A stretch of DNA of 64,000 bases from Candidatus Dormiibacter inghamiae (GTDB lineage Bacteria; Chloroflexota; Dormibacteria; Dormibacterales; Dormibacteraceae), in NCBI GenBank assembly GCA_016464725.1, contig JAEKNO010000030.1:41803-105802 (forward strand), read 5' to 3'. The notes below the pieces were generated by a model. That model saw only the letters and a list, made by a program, of their open reading frames with translations, was not told where the DNA came from and did no database searches. The translations under genes and the position numbers were made by a program. This document shows positions 36,193 through 45,202 of this stretch, in pieces (position 1 is the first letter of the stretch; each line of letters starts with the position of its first letter).

Positions 36193-37170
36193 ATGGAAGT
36201 GGGGACGGAGGCTGGAATCCGGCCCGAGTTGGTCGAAGAAGCCGCCCGCTCCCTTAACCCGTACCTTCCGCCCACTCCCCTGCAGCAGTCCCGCGCGCTC
36301 ACAGTAAAAGCCGGTTGCCAGGTCTTCCTCAAAATCGAGTCGATCCAACCGACCCGCTCCTTCAAGGTGAGAGGGGCGCTCAACAAGCTCATCCTGATGA
36401 GCGCGGCCGACCGGCAGGCCGGCGTCATCACGGCTTCCGCGGGCAACCACGGCCAGGGCGTCGCCTACGCCGCCGCGGCGTTCGGTATCGCTGCGACCGT
36501 CTTCGTACCCGAGAACGCAAATTTGCTCAAGGTTGAATCGATGAAGAGGCTCGGCGCTCGGGTAGTCCCGGCCGGCCGCAGCTACCAGGAGGCGTACCAG
36601 GAAGCGACAAGAGTTCAGGCGGTAACCGGAGCCACCCTGGTGCACGCCTTCGACGACCCTCAAGTCATTGCCGGTCAGGGGACTGTCGGGGTGGAGATTG
36701 GGGAGCAGCTGCCAGAGACAGACACAGTGCTGGTGCCGGTGGGTGGTGGCGGCCTACTGGCAGGCATGGCCCTCTACCTGAAGGCCAGGCGGCCCGCGGT
36801 CCGCCTGATAGGGGTGGAACCTCAGGGGGCCGACGGGCTCACCCGCTCTCTGGCCGCGGGCCAGCAGGTGGTCCTGGACCGGGTGCAGACGATGGCTGAC
36901 GGCCTGGCCGCCAGCGGGCCCGGCCGGCTCAACTTCGAGCTCTTGAAGAACCGGGTGGACGAGATGATCCGGGTTGGGGAGGACGAGATGCTCCGCGCCA
37001 TCCGGCTCCTGTTCGAGTGGGAGCACCTCCTGGCGGAGCCTTCCGGCGCGGCGCCTTTGGCGGCGCTGCTCCATCGCTACAGAGCTGAGCCCGACGAGCG
37101 AGTGGTCCTCGTGCTCTCTGGCGGTAACGTCACCGAAGAAGTGATGATGCGGGCGCTGCGCAGCCGCTGA
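36193..37170 (+). CDS. PLP-dependent threonine/serine dehydratase (no ACT regulatory domain)
   Basis: PLP-Lys block ESIQPTRSFKVRGALNKL and the GGGGLLAG loop. Confidence 0.85.
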   Translation: MEVGTEAGIRPELVEEAARSLNPYLPPTPLQQSRALTVKAGCQVFLKIESIQPTRSFKVRGALNKLILMSAADRQAGVITASAGNHGQGVAYAAAAFGIAATVFVPENANLLKVESMKRLGARVVPAGRSYQEAYQEATRVQAVTGATLVHAFDDPQVIAGQGTVGVEIGEQLPETDTVLVPVGGGGLLAGMALYLKARRPAVRLIGVEPQGADGLTRSLAAGQQVVLDRVQTMADGLAASGPGRLNFELLKNRVDEMIRVGEDEMLRAIRLLFEWEHLLAEPSGAAPLAALLHRYRAEPDERVVLVLSGGNVTEEVMMRALRSR

Positions 37171-37222
37171 TACGCCGCAGGCTCTACGCTTGGTGGAACT
37201 GTCCGAATGGAGGAGGTTCTTT

Positions 37223-37450
37223 TTGAAGGCGTACGTGCTGATCAACGCTTCGCCCGGTCGGGCGATTGACGTCGCTGAGCGGATCAAGGGCCAGGACGGC
37301 GTGGTCGGCGCGGATGCGATCACCGGTGAATATGACGTCATCGCCGTCTGCGAGGCGCCTGACGTGAATCAGGTGGGCCGCGTCATAGTGGAGAAGATCC
37401 AGAAGGTCGACGGCGTATTCAAGACGATCACCTGTCTCGTCGTCAAGTAA
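37223..37450 (+). CDS. stand-alone Lrp/AsnC ligand-binding (RAM) domain protein
   Basis: KAYVLINASPGRAIDVAERIKGQDGVVGADAITGEYDVIAV. A TTG start at 37223 lies 6 nt after GGAGG. No HTH domain. Confidence 0.7.
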   Translation: MKAYVLINASPGRAIDVAERIKGQDGVVGADAITGEYDVIAVCEAPDVNQVGRVIVEKIQKVDGVFKTITCLVVK

Positions 37451-37468
37451 GCCCGAAACAGGCGAAGG

Positions 37469-38965
37469 GTGGCCAGCGTGGGGCTTGGATTCCCGCTGTG
37501 GATCGTCGCCACCCATTATCTGAACATCCTCTTCCTGGTCTTCCTGGCGCGAAGCGGAATCCAGATTCTGACAGCCTTCCCATTCTTCTACAAGAACGAC
37601 CACTGTGAACCCGGCAAGGAGATGTTCAAGTTCACCAGGCGCAAGGTGCCGAGAGATCGCCTCACTCAGTCACTGGACTGGGAGCTCGATGCGCCGCCCT
37701 GGCTGGCGCTGCCCGGACACAAAGGGATAGGCATCGGTCGCCACTGGCACTTCTTGGCCATGATGGGCTGGGTCCTGACGGGCCTCGTCTACATAGTCCT
37801 GTTACTGGTCACCGATCAGTGGCGACGGCTGGTTCCCACAACCTGGGAAGTTTTCCCGCAGGCGCTCCAGGCGGCGACCACCTACCTTCACTTCCAGATC
37901 CCACCGCCAGCTCCTGGGCTGCCTTTCAACGCCCTCCAGCAGCTGGCCTACTTCACGGTCGTCTTCCTCCTGGCGCCGCTTCAGATCGCGACCGGAGCCG
38001 CCATGTCCCCGGCCATCATGGCCCGAGCCCCTTGGTATCCCAGCCTCTTCGGCGGCAAACAGGTCGCGAGAACCCTCCACTTCTTTGGCCTTCTGGCCTT
38101 CACGGCTTTCGTCCTGGTCCACACACTGATGGTGGTGGTCCACGGCATTCCCGAGGAGTGGACGAGAATCGTCCTGGGCCCAGCCACTGGCGTCAATCCG
38201 GCGGCCGTCGCCGTTGGCTTGGCTGGACTGCTGGTGATCCTGATTGCCAATCTCGCCGCCCACGCCTTGGCTAAGCGCTCTCCTCGCCTGGCGCAGCAGT
38301 TGCTGGCCCCGCCCAGCGACGTACTGCAGCGAGAGCTGTCGTATCACCTGCACAGCCGCCAGCACTACCCACGGTCCGACATCTCCCCTTACCACTGGAT
38401 CAACGGCTACCCACCGCCTGATCAGGACTACGAGGAGCTGGCGAAACGACAGTTCGAGGGCTACAGGCTTCTTATCACCGGTCGGGTGGAGACGCCGCTG
38501 TCCTTGAGCTTGGCGGACCTACGCCGAATCGGCTACGAGAGCCAGATCGTCAAGCACAACTGCATCCAGGGCTGGTCGGGCATCGCCGAGTGGTCGGGGG
38601 TGCCGCTGGCAAAGTTCATTGAACACTGCCACCCGACGCCGGAGGCGCGGTACGTGGTGTTCCACGGTTTCGACGACAAGGCCAAGACCCAGCCCGAGAC
38701 GGGTGGGGTGGGCCGCTTCTACGAAACCCTCGACCTGAGGCTGGCGGTGTCACCCCAGACGATGCTGGCTTGGGAGATGAACGGCGAGCCGCTGCCGATT
38801 CCGCACGGGGCGCCGCTGCGACTTCGGGTGGAGACCCAACTGGGCTTCAAGATGGTGAAGTGGATCCAGTCGATCGAGTTCGTTGACGACTTCCGCAGCA
38901 TCGGCCTGGGTCACGGCGGCTGGCGAGAGGACTACGCCATGCACAGCCGGGTGGTCGGCATCTAG
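37469..38965 (+). CDS. fusion of a di-heme cytochrome b (b561/PhsC-like) membrane domain to a sulfite-oxidase-fold molybdopterin domain
   Basis: N-terminal half: RHWHF, NALQQLAYF, TLHFFG, LVHTLMVVVHG (four His in TM helices). C-terminal half: IVKHNCIQGWSGIAEWSGVPL (Mo-ligand Cys). Confidence 0.8.
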   Translation: MASVGLGFPLWIVATHYLNILFLVFLARSGIQILTAFPFFYKNDHCEPGKEMFKFTRRKVPRDRLTQSLDWELDAPPWLALPGHKGIGIGRHWHFLAMMGWVLTGLVYIVLLLVTDQWRRLVPTTWEVFPQALQAATTYLHFQIPPPAPGLPFNALQQLAYFTVVFLLAPLQIATGAAMSPAIMARAPWYPSLFGGKQVARTLHFFGLLAFTAFVLVHTLMVVVHGIPEEWTRIVLGPATGVNPAAVAVGLAGLLVILIANLAAHALAKRSPRLAQQLLAPPSDVLQRELSYHLHSRQHYPRSDISPYHWINGYPPPDQDYEELAKRQFEGYRLLITGRVETPLSLSLADLRRIGYESQIVKHNCIQGWSGIAEWSGVPLAKFIEHCHPTPEARYVVFHGFDDKAKTQPETGGVGRFYETLDLRLAVSPQTMLAWEMNGEPLPIPHGAPLRLRVETQLGFKMVKWIQSIEFVDDFRSIGLGHGGWREDYAMHSRVVGI

Positions 38966-38968
38966 GGC

Positions 38969-39745
38969 TCATTCGCCGGCCGGAGGTGTCCGCCCTCGGC
39001 GACCGAGCCGGCGCCACCAGGGACGGCGAGGCTGTCGGTCGCGCCCGCGGCCGAAGCGTCCCAGGATGCCGCCCCTGACCCGATCCAGCACATCGCTCAC
39101 CCGGCGGTTCAGACTCCCCCAGCGGGGCGGATCCGGCCAGATGGGCGGCCCGATCGAGACTGTCACGCGCCGAAAGGGCCTCAGGCTCTCCAGCCCGCTT
39201 ACCGCTACCGGGCAGATCGGAACGCCGGCCTGGAGAGAGAAGTGGGCGACGCCCGCCTTGAGTGGCCTGAGATTCGACCCCCGGGAGTAGCCCCCCTCTG
39301 GGAACATGAGTACCGCGCCGCGCCGATCCAGGATCTGATAGACGGTCTCCAGGCCCCGCTGGTCGAGTTCGCCGTTCTGCGGCTGAATCGGAAAGACGCC
39401 GATCCGGGTCACTAGCCAGCGCTTCCAGCCGCGGTTGAAGACGGTGTCGCGCCGGGCCATTGTGTAGACCATCGGCACCGGTCTCAGGCTGGCGATGATG
39501 AAGGCCGAGTCGTACCAAGCCTGGTGGTTGGCCGCGATCAGGAAAGGCGGCGGCGGCAGGCTCTCCAACCCCTCCACTCGAAGCCGGAAGAAGAGGCGGA
39601 CCACGAGCCTGACCAGCCAGAACAACACCCGATAGAACCGGGCGGGGCGCAGCGGGTCCGGATGCACTGAAGGGTCGAGCGAGAGCAGCGCCGCCGCCCG
39701 CGCCTGCGGTCCCCGATAGATCTCGGGGAGCCGGGCATCAGCCAC
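38969..39745 (-). CDS. 1-acyl-sn-glycerol-3-phosphate acyltransferase family (PlsC-like)
   Basis: HxxxxD block AANHQAWYDS and the FPEGGYSRG block. Confidence 0.8.
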   Translation of the reverse strand: MADARLPEIYRGPQARAAALLSLDPSVHPDPLRPARFYRVLFWLVRLVVRLFFRLRVEGLESLPPPPFLIAANHQAWYDSAFIIASLRPVPMVYTMARRDTVFNRGWKRWLVTRIGVFPIQPQNGELDQRGLETVYQILDRRGAVLMFPEGGYSRGSNLRPLKAGVAHFSLQAGVPICPVAVSGLESLRPFRRVTVSIGPPIWPDPPRWGSLNRRVSDVLDRVRGGILGRFGRGRDRQPRRPWWRRLGRRGRTPPAGE

Positions 39746-40679
39746 GCAAGAGTTCGATCAGCGCCTGGTTGAACTCCGCCGGCCGCTCTGCCTGTGGGGT
39801 GTGGCCGGCACCCACGATCACCCGCAAAGACGAGCCTGGCAGCAGGCTGTGCGCCCGCCTCGCCAGCTGGACCGGGAAGAGCGGGTCGAGCTCACCCCAG
39901 AGCAGACCGACTGAGATCGCCGACCGCGCCAGCCGCTGCGTCTGATCGGTCCCCAGGAAGGCTCGAGGCCGGGCCAGAGACCGGACGGTCGTCAAATACG
40001 CGCGGTGGTACCCCTGGGCGGCGTGGAGCTCCCGGAGGTGAGCGAAGTAATCCTCCTCGAACCGTTCTCCCTCCGCCGCCAGGGAGCGACCCGCGTAGCG
40101 GCGGGTGAAGCTGCGGAGCGTGCGCGGAGGCAGCCGGTGCAGGCCCAGGCGGATGGCGCCCAGCACCGCCTCACCCAGCCGCGGCACAGCCACCAGCGGG
40201 TAGTACGGCTTGGGCGCCGCCCGGCCCACACCGAGTGCGTTGACGAGCACCAGGCGGCGGATTCGTTCAGGCTGCCGCAGCGCCAGCTCGATGGCGACGC
40301 GACCCCCCAAGGACGCGCCCACCAGATCCACCCGGCTCAGCTGCAGGGCGTCCAGGTAGGCCTCGAGCGCGTCGGCAAAGAGGGGCACTCCATAGACGAT
40401 GTCCGGTTTGGCAGAGCGGCCGAAGCCAGGCAGGTCGGGCGCCAGGACGCGCCGCCGCCGAGCCAGCTCCGGCAGATTGTGACGCCACTCGATGTAACCG
40501 GCCGAGCCGAGGCCGTGAACAAGGACCAGGGGTGCGCCCGAACCAGCGCTGGTGTGGTGGAGCCGGTATTCTCCCGCCTCCACGAAGCCAGAGCGCAGGG
40601 GAGGCTGTGGTGGGCGCGTGCGCGCCTCGTCGGCGCCCGGGTTGGGCAATTCGTCTTGCGAGCGGCGGGTGCGCGGCAT
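39738..40679 (-). CDS. alpha/beta hydrolase
   Basis: LVLVHGLGSAGY and nucleophile elbow LVGASLGG. C-terminal GAGHTPQ. Confidence 0.75.
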   Translation of the reverse strand: MPRTRRSQDELPNPGADEARTRPPQPPLRSGFVEAGEYRLHHTSAGSGAPLVLVHGLGSAGYIEWRHNLPELARRRRVLAPDLPGFGRSAKPDIVYGVPLFADALEAYLDALQLSRVDLVGASLGGRVAIELALRQPERIRRLVLVNALGVGRAAPKPYYPLVAVPRLGEAVLGAIRLGLHRLPPRTLRSFTRRYAGRSLAAEGERFEEDYFAHLRELHAAQGYHRAYLTTVRSLARPRAFLGTDQTQRLARSAISVGLLWGELDPLFPVQLARRAHSLLPGSSLRVIVGAGHTPQAERPAEFNQALIELLRG

Positions 40680-40690
40680 CGGTGTTGAGA

Positions 40691-41416
40691 TTAGGCGGTC
40701 AGCATCGCGGCGAGGGCCTGCTCGGGATCTGGCGGCGGCAGCTCGACGATCTCCTGACCGGCTGTGTAGCGCCGGCCGCGGAAGCTGACCTCGCCGGCGC
40801 CGAGCGCACGCCAGAGACCGGCGTGATGAACGGCGGCAGTCCGGCTGTCGAGCCGCAGCAGCTCCAGCTCTGAGGCGCCACCCAGCACCTGCCAGCGGTG
40901 GCCGAGCTGATCGTGATGCGGAATGACGGCCAGCCCCCGCAGGAGACCGAGTGCCGGGATGGGTCTGCGCTCCAGGTGACGCGGCCAGCGAGCCATCACC
41001 AGCGTGCTGGCGCCAAAGGCCATCGCGCCGGCTGAGGAGCCGGCCAGCCCCGCTCCCCGCCGCCAGGCAGTCAAGATCGCCGCCCAGACGGGCGAGCCGG
41101 CCAGCACCTTGACGGCGTAGCCCGGGTCGCCACCCAGCAGGTAGATGGCGCCGGCGCCGGACGCCAGTGCGGTCAGCTCGGCCGATCTTGCGTCGGCCGG
41201 CCGCCGTACGGGCAGCTCCCTGGCCTCCGCGCCCAGACCGGCAAACCAGTTTCGGCCCAGCCTCAGCAGGGCCGGCAGGTCCTGGCGCACGGCCGCAGTC
41301 GGGACCAGCAGGAGAGGCCGGCCGGCGGCCTCGGCGACGAGGAGGCGGTCCTGAGCTTCGTTGCCTGGCTGCAGCTCATCGCCGCCGTTGACGAGAAGCG
41401 GCCCGCACATCAGCAC
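40691..41416 (-). CDS. peptidase S51 / cyanophycinase-like class-I glutamine-amidotransferase-fold protein
   Basis: IYLLGGDPGY and GSSAGAMAFG blocks. The start could instead be ATG 41410. Confidence 0.6.
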   Translation of the reverse strand: MLMCGPLLVNGGDELQPGNEAQDRLLVAEAAGRPLLLVPTAAVRQDLPALLRLGRNWFAGLGAEARELPVRRPADARSAELTALASGAGAIYLLGGDPGYAVKVLAGSPVWAAILTAWRRGAGLAGSSAGAMAFGASTLVMARWPRHLERRPIPALGLLRGLAVIPHHDQLGHRWQVLGGASELELLRLDSRTAAVHHAGLWRALGAGEVSFRGRRYTAGQEIVELPPPDPEQALAAMLTA

Positions 41417-41429
41417 TTACTATGGACTG

Positions 41430-42821
41430 GTGTCTGCGCCGCCCGTGCGGGTGCGGATCGCGCCCAGCCCCACCGGCTACGTCCACCTGGGTACCGCGCA
41501 CACCGCTCTCTTCAACCTCCTCTTCGCACGTCAGCGCGGCGGTTCCTTCGTGCTGCGGCTGGATGACACCGACCTGGAGCGCAACCGGCCGGAGTACGAG
41601 GCGGCGGTCTATGAAGGTCTGCACTGGTTGAACCTCAGCTGGGACGAGGGACCGGACCTGGGCGGCGCCCACGGGCCCTACCGGCAGAGTGAAAGGCTCG
41701 AGATCTACAAGCAGGCTGCCGCTCAGCTGCTGGCGGCGAAGAGCGCCTACCGCTGCTACTGCACCCGGGAGGAGCTGCAGGCCGAGCGGAAGGAGGCGGA
41801 GCGGCAGAAGGTGCCCTATCGCTACTCCCGCCGCTGCCTCCAGGACCCGCCCGCCGACTACCGCAGCCGGGATTTCACGGTCCGGCTCCAGGTGCCGGAG
41901 ACCGGCTTCACCAGCTTCAGCGACCTGATCCGAGGCGAGGTGCAGTTCGAGAACGCTCTTCTGGGTGACCCGGTGATAGTCAAGTCGAACGGCTACCCGA
42001 CCTACAACTTCGCCAGCCCTGTGGATGACGCGCTGATGGAGGTCACACACATCCTTCGCGGTGACGAGCATCTCTCCAACACGCCCATCCAGCTACTGGT
42101 TGCTGACGCCCTGGGCAGGCCCCGCCCGCAGGCGTTCGCGCACCTGCCTGTCATCACCGGCAAGGATCGCAAGAAGCTGAGCAAGCGCCTGCACCCGGAA
42201 ACGCGGCTCAGCTATTTTCAGCAGCTCGGCTACCTGCCCGAGGCGATGCTGAACTACCTGGCGCTGCTGGGCTGGAATTCCGGCACCGAACAGGAGGTGT
42301 TCTCGCTGGCCGAGCTGACGGAGGTGTTCGACCTGAGCCGCGTCCAGCACGCGGCCGCCATGTTCGACTGGGAGAAGCTGGACTGGCTGAACGGCCACTA
42401 CATCCGCTCGCTCAGCGATGCCGAGCTCGCCCGGCGGCTGCGCCCCTATCTGCCCAGCCTTTCCGAGACAGTGATCCGGCAGGCGGCGCCAGCGCTGAAG
42501 GGGAGGCTGGCCCGGCTCAGCCAGGCGGAGGAGCTCCTCGGCTATCTGACTCAGCCGCCCGCCCGGCCGGATCTGACAGCTGACCAGGAGCGCATGGTCG
42601 CGAAGGCGGCATCGGCGCTGACCGAGCTCAACGATTGGACGCCAGCGAGCATTGAGCTGGCCCTCGAGGCAGTGCGGCAAGCGCATGAGTGGAGCCGCGG
42701 CAGGTTCTTTTCACCCCTCCGCTGGTGCGTCGCGGGCAAGGTTTCGCCGCCGCTTCACCACACGCTGGCCCTGCTGGGCAAGGACGAGGCGCTGCGCCGC
42801 CTGCGGGGAGTGCCGGCATGA
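41430..42821 (+). CDS. gltX: glutamate--tRNA ligase
   Basis: RIAPSPTGYVHLGTAHTALFN (HIGH) and KLSKR (KMSKS). Start placed at in-frame GTG 41430. Confidence 0.9.
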   Translation: MSAPPVRVRIAPSPTGYVHLGTAHTALFNLLFARQRGGSFVLRLDDTDLERNRPEYEAAVYEGLHWLNLSWDEGPDLGGAHGPYRQSERLEIYKQAAAQLLAAKSAYRCYCTREELQAERKEAERQKVPYRYSRRCLQDPPADYRSRDFTVRLQVPETGFTSFSDLIRGEVQFENALLGDPVIVKSNGYPTYNFASPVDDALMEVTHILRGDEHLSNTPIQLLVADALGRPRPQAFAHLPVITGKDRKKLSKRLHPETRLSYFQQLGYLPEAMLNYLALLGWNSGTEQEVFSLAELTEVFDLSRVQHAAAMFDWEKLDWLNGHYIRSLSDAELARRLRPYLPSLSETVIRQAAPALKGRLARLSQAEELLGYLTQPPARPDLTADQERMVAKAASALTELNDWTPASIELALEAVRQAHEWSRGRFFSPLRWCVAGKVSPPLHHTLALLGKDEALRRLRGVPA

Positions 42822-43666
42822 CGCCGAGCGCCTACTTTGCCACGATGGTGATCGATCTCAACCCCAACGTGGCCCGCCTCGGGCCGCTGCTCATCACCTG
42901 GCACGGCGTCTTCAGCGTGATAGGCATCATCGCGGCGGCGCGCGTCGGCCAGTACCTGCTTGCCGGCGAAGGCATAAGCGGTGAGCGGGTCTACGACATG
43001 GCTGTCTGGATGGTCGTGGCGGGCATCGTGGGCGCCCGCCTTCTCTATGTCTGGGAGAACTACCACTTGTTCGTCGGCGCCTGGCAGAAGGTGGTCTTCC
43101 TGAACGAGGGCGGAATCAGCCAGTGGGGCGGCATCTTTGGCGGGCTGCTGGGCGGCCTCGCCTGGTCGCTCCGGAACGGCATCGACTACCGAAAGATCCT
43201 GGACGCAGTAGGTCCCGCCAACGCGCTCGGCTTTGCCATCGGACGCATCGGCGACGTGATCAACGGCGAGCACCACGCCATCCCATCGAACCTGCCCTTC
43301 GCAGTCGAGTACGTCAACCCCGAGACACTCGGCCAGCCCGGCCGCTCGGTCCACCTGGAGGTCGGCTACGAGCTGGTCTGGAACCTGCTCGTATTCGGAG
43401 TCGCTGTCCTGACTTACCAGCGGCTCAAGCTGCGCTTGCCGACCGGGGTGGTCGGGCTGCTCTGGCTCGCGGTCTACGCGTTCGGCCGCTTCTGGCTGAG
43501 CTTTCTGCGCGAGGACTCCCTGCTCTACGGCCTGCGCCAGGCGCAGTGGGCGTCGCTGGCGATGATCCTGGCGGCCGGGGTCCTGAGCGCGGTCTGGCTG
43601 GCCTGGGAGAGGCGGGGTCGCTCGGACACCGAGCTACCCGCCCCGCCGACCGCCGCTCAGGGCTAG
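42818..43666 (+). CDS. lgt: prolipoprotein diacylglyceryl transferase
   Basis: HGVFSVIGIIAA, GGIFGG and GRIGDVINGEHHA blocks. ATGA overlap with gltX. Confidence 0.85.
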   Translation: MTPSAYFATMVIDLNPNVARLGPLLITWHGVFSVIGIIAAARVGQYLLAGEGISGERVYDMAVWMVVAGIVGARLLYVWENYHLFVGAWQKVVFLNEGGISQWGGIFGGLLGGLAWSLRNGIDYRKILDAVGPANALGFAIGRIGDVINGEHHAIPSNLPFAVEYVNPETLGQPGRSVHLEVGYELVWNLLVFGVAVLTYQRLKLRLPTGVVGLLWLAVYAFGRFWLSFLREDSLLYGLRQAQWASLAMILAAGVLSAVWLAWERRGRSDTELPAPPTAAQG

Positions 43667-43673
43667 TGCACCA

Positions 43674-44504
43674 CTAGCGCCTCCCGCCGGCGGCAGCCCG
43701 AGCCCGAGCCTGGCGGAGCACTGGCGGCGGCTTCAGGAAGCGACCGGCGAACCAGGCCCCGCCGCCCACCAGGGGTCGAACGGCCGCGGCAGCCAGCCGA
43801 GGCCGGCGCATGCCGTAGAGCTGCAGGGCGCCCTCCGGCAGGATCGAGATGGCCGCTTGGCCGGCGACCGCCCAGACGGGACGCAGAAAGACGGGCAGCG
43901 GCGGATGCAGCACCGTGTCCACGGCCTCGCGCGCCGGCCGGGTGACCTGCAGAAGGTGCGCGGAGGAGTCGAGGAAGGCCAGGTTGGCTGCTTCACTGGC
44001 AGGCACCGCACCGGCTTTCAGGCCCACCAGTTCCGCCTGTCTGACCATCTCAGCCACGTAGGCATCAGCCTCGCTGGCTGACAGGTGGCGGACGAACCGC
44101 CGGTAGGCGGCCAGAAAGCTTGCCACCAGCGTTCCGTGAATCCAGAGCAGCAGGGTCGGATCGTCGGCCGCGTACGGCAAACCGGTCACCCTGTCCACAC
44201 CGTGGATGGGCACGTGCACCGCCCTCACCCGGGCGCCCAACGCGTGGGCCTGTTTGGTGGTGCCAAAGATGGTGGTCATGACGTAGTTGCTGGTTCGGTC
44301 GTAGCGGCCCCAGACGTCCTTCCGGTAGTCACTGTGATCGGCCACCGCGGCTATCGCCAGCGGGTGCAGGGCCTGCCACATGAGCGCCGAAAGCCCGCCG
44401 ACCAGCAGAGCCGGCTCGGAGTGCAGCCGCCAGGCGGCCGAGCCGGGGCCGAACAGGCCCAGGTCGGGACCTGGCCCGGTGCGAGACCGCGGCGGGTTGC
44501 TCAT
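43674..44504 (-). CDS. DUF2236 / MpaB-type oxygenase family protein
   Basis: LLVGGLSALMWQALHPLAIAAVADHSDYRKDVWGRYDRTSNYV pattern. Confidence 0.6.
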   Translation of the reverse strand: MSNPPRSRTGPGPDLGLFGPGSAAWRLHSEPALLVGGLSALMWQALHPLAIAAVADHSDYRKDVWGRYDRTSNYVMTTIFGTTKQAHALGARVRAVHVPIHGVDRVTGLPYAADDPTLLLWIHGTLVASFLAAYRRFVRHLSASEADAYVAEMVRQAELVGLKAGAVPASEAANLAFLDSSAHLLQVTRPAREAVDTVLHPPLPVFLRPVWAVAGQAAISILPEGALQLYGMRRPRLAAAAVRPLVGGGAWFAGRFLKPPPVLRQARARAAAGGRR

Positions 44505-45101
44505 CTACTCCAGCATGAACCGGGCCCGCTCAGGACCCTCAGGATCATGTTTGAAGTAAACGTGAACGACGCTGCCGCCGGCGGCCAGAGCGCGCAGCTC
44601 GCGCCGCCAGCGCTCCAGAGCCGGGCGCTCGTAGGAGCGCCGGAGACGGACATAGGCGAACTCCCCGGTCTCGGTCACAGGCGCCAGCGGCCACTCCTCA
44701 GCGTCGGTTCGGCAGAGGGCAGCGCCATGCCGTCGAAGGCAGTCGTAGACGGGCGCGCAGAACCATGACTCGTGCCGGAACTCGACTGCCGCAGGCCGGG
44801 AGAAGGCGGCAAGTAGTCGCTCGAGCAACTGCTCGTCACGCAGGCGCCCCGGCGGCCATTGGACGAGCGTGGGGCCGAGCTTGTCGCCGAGAGCGCCCAG
44901 CCGCTCGCCCAGAGTCGCTGCCAGTCCCTCCTTGTCGAAAGCGGCCGCCGAGTAGGTCAGGCCGCGGCTTGCTTTGCAGCAGAAGCGGAAGTCCTTGTCC
45001 ACCTGCGCCGCCCAGCTGGCCAGGGTGGTCACCGGCGGCAGCTGGTAGAAGGTGCCGTTCAGCTCCACCCCGTTCAGCCGCTCGGCGTAGTAGGGGAGCA
45101 T
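44505..45101 (-). CDS. DUF72 family protein (conserved N-terminus lies upstream of this first canonical start)
   Basis: YYAERLNGVELNGTFYQLPP and later DUF72 blocks. The upstream in-frame LYAGTSGFAYPNWKGGFYP block has no ATG/GTG/TTG. Confidence 0.7.
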   Translation of the reverse strand: MLPYYAERLNGVELNGTFYQLPPVTTLASWAAQVDKDFRFCCKASRGLTYSAAAFDKEGLAATLGERLGALGDKLGPTLVQWPPGRLRDEQLLERLLAAFSRPAAVEFRHESWFCAPVYDCLRRHGAALCRTDAEEWPLAPVTETGEFAYVRLRRSYERPALERWRRELRALAAGGSVVHVYFKHDPEGPERARFMLE

Positions 45102-45202
45102 GCGCCGAGCGGCGAACTTGGTCGGATAAAATCCGCCCTTCCAGTTGGGATACGCAAAGCCAGAGGTGCCGGCGTAGAGCGAGGTCAGCCTTCCTTCGGC
45201 AA

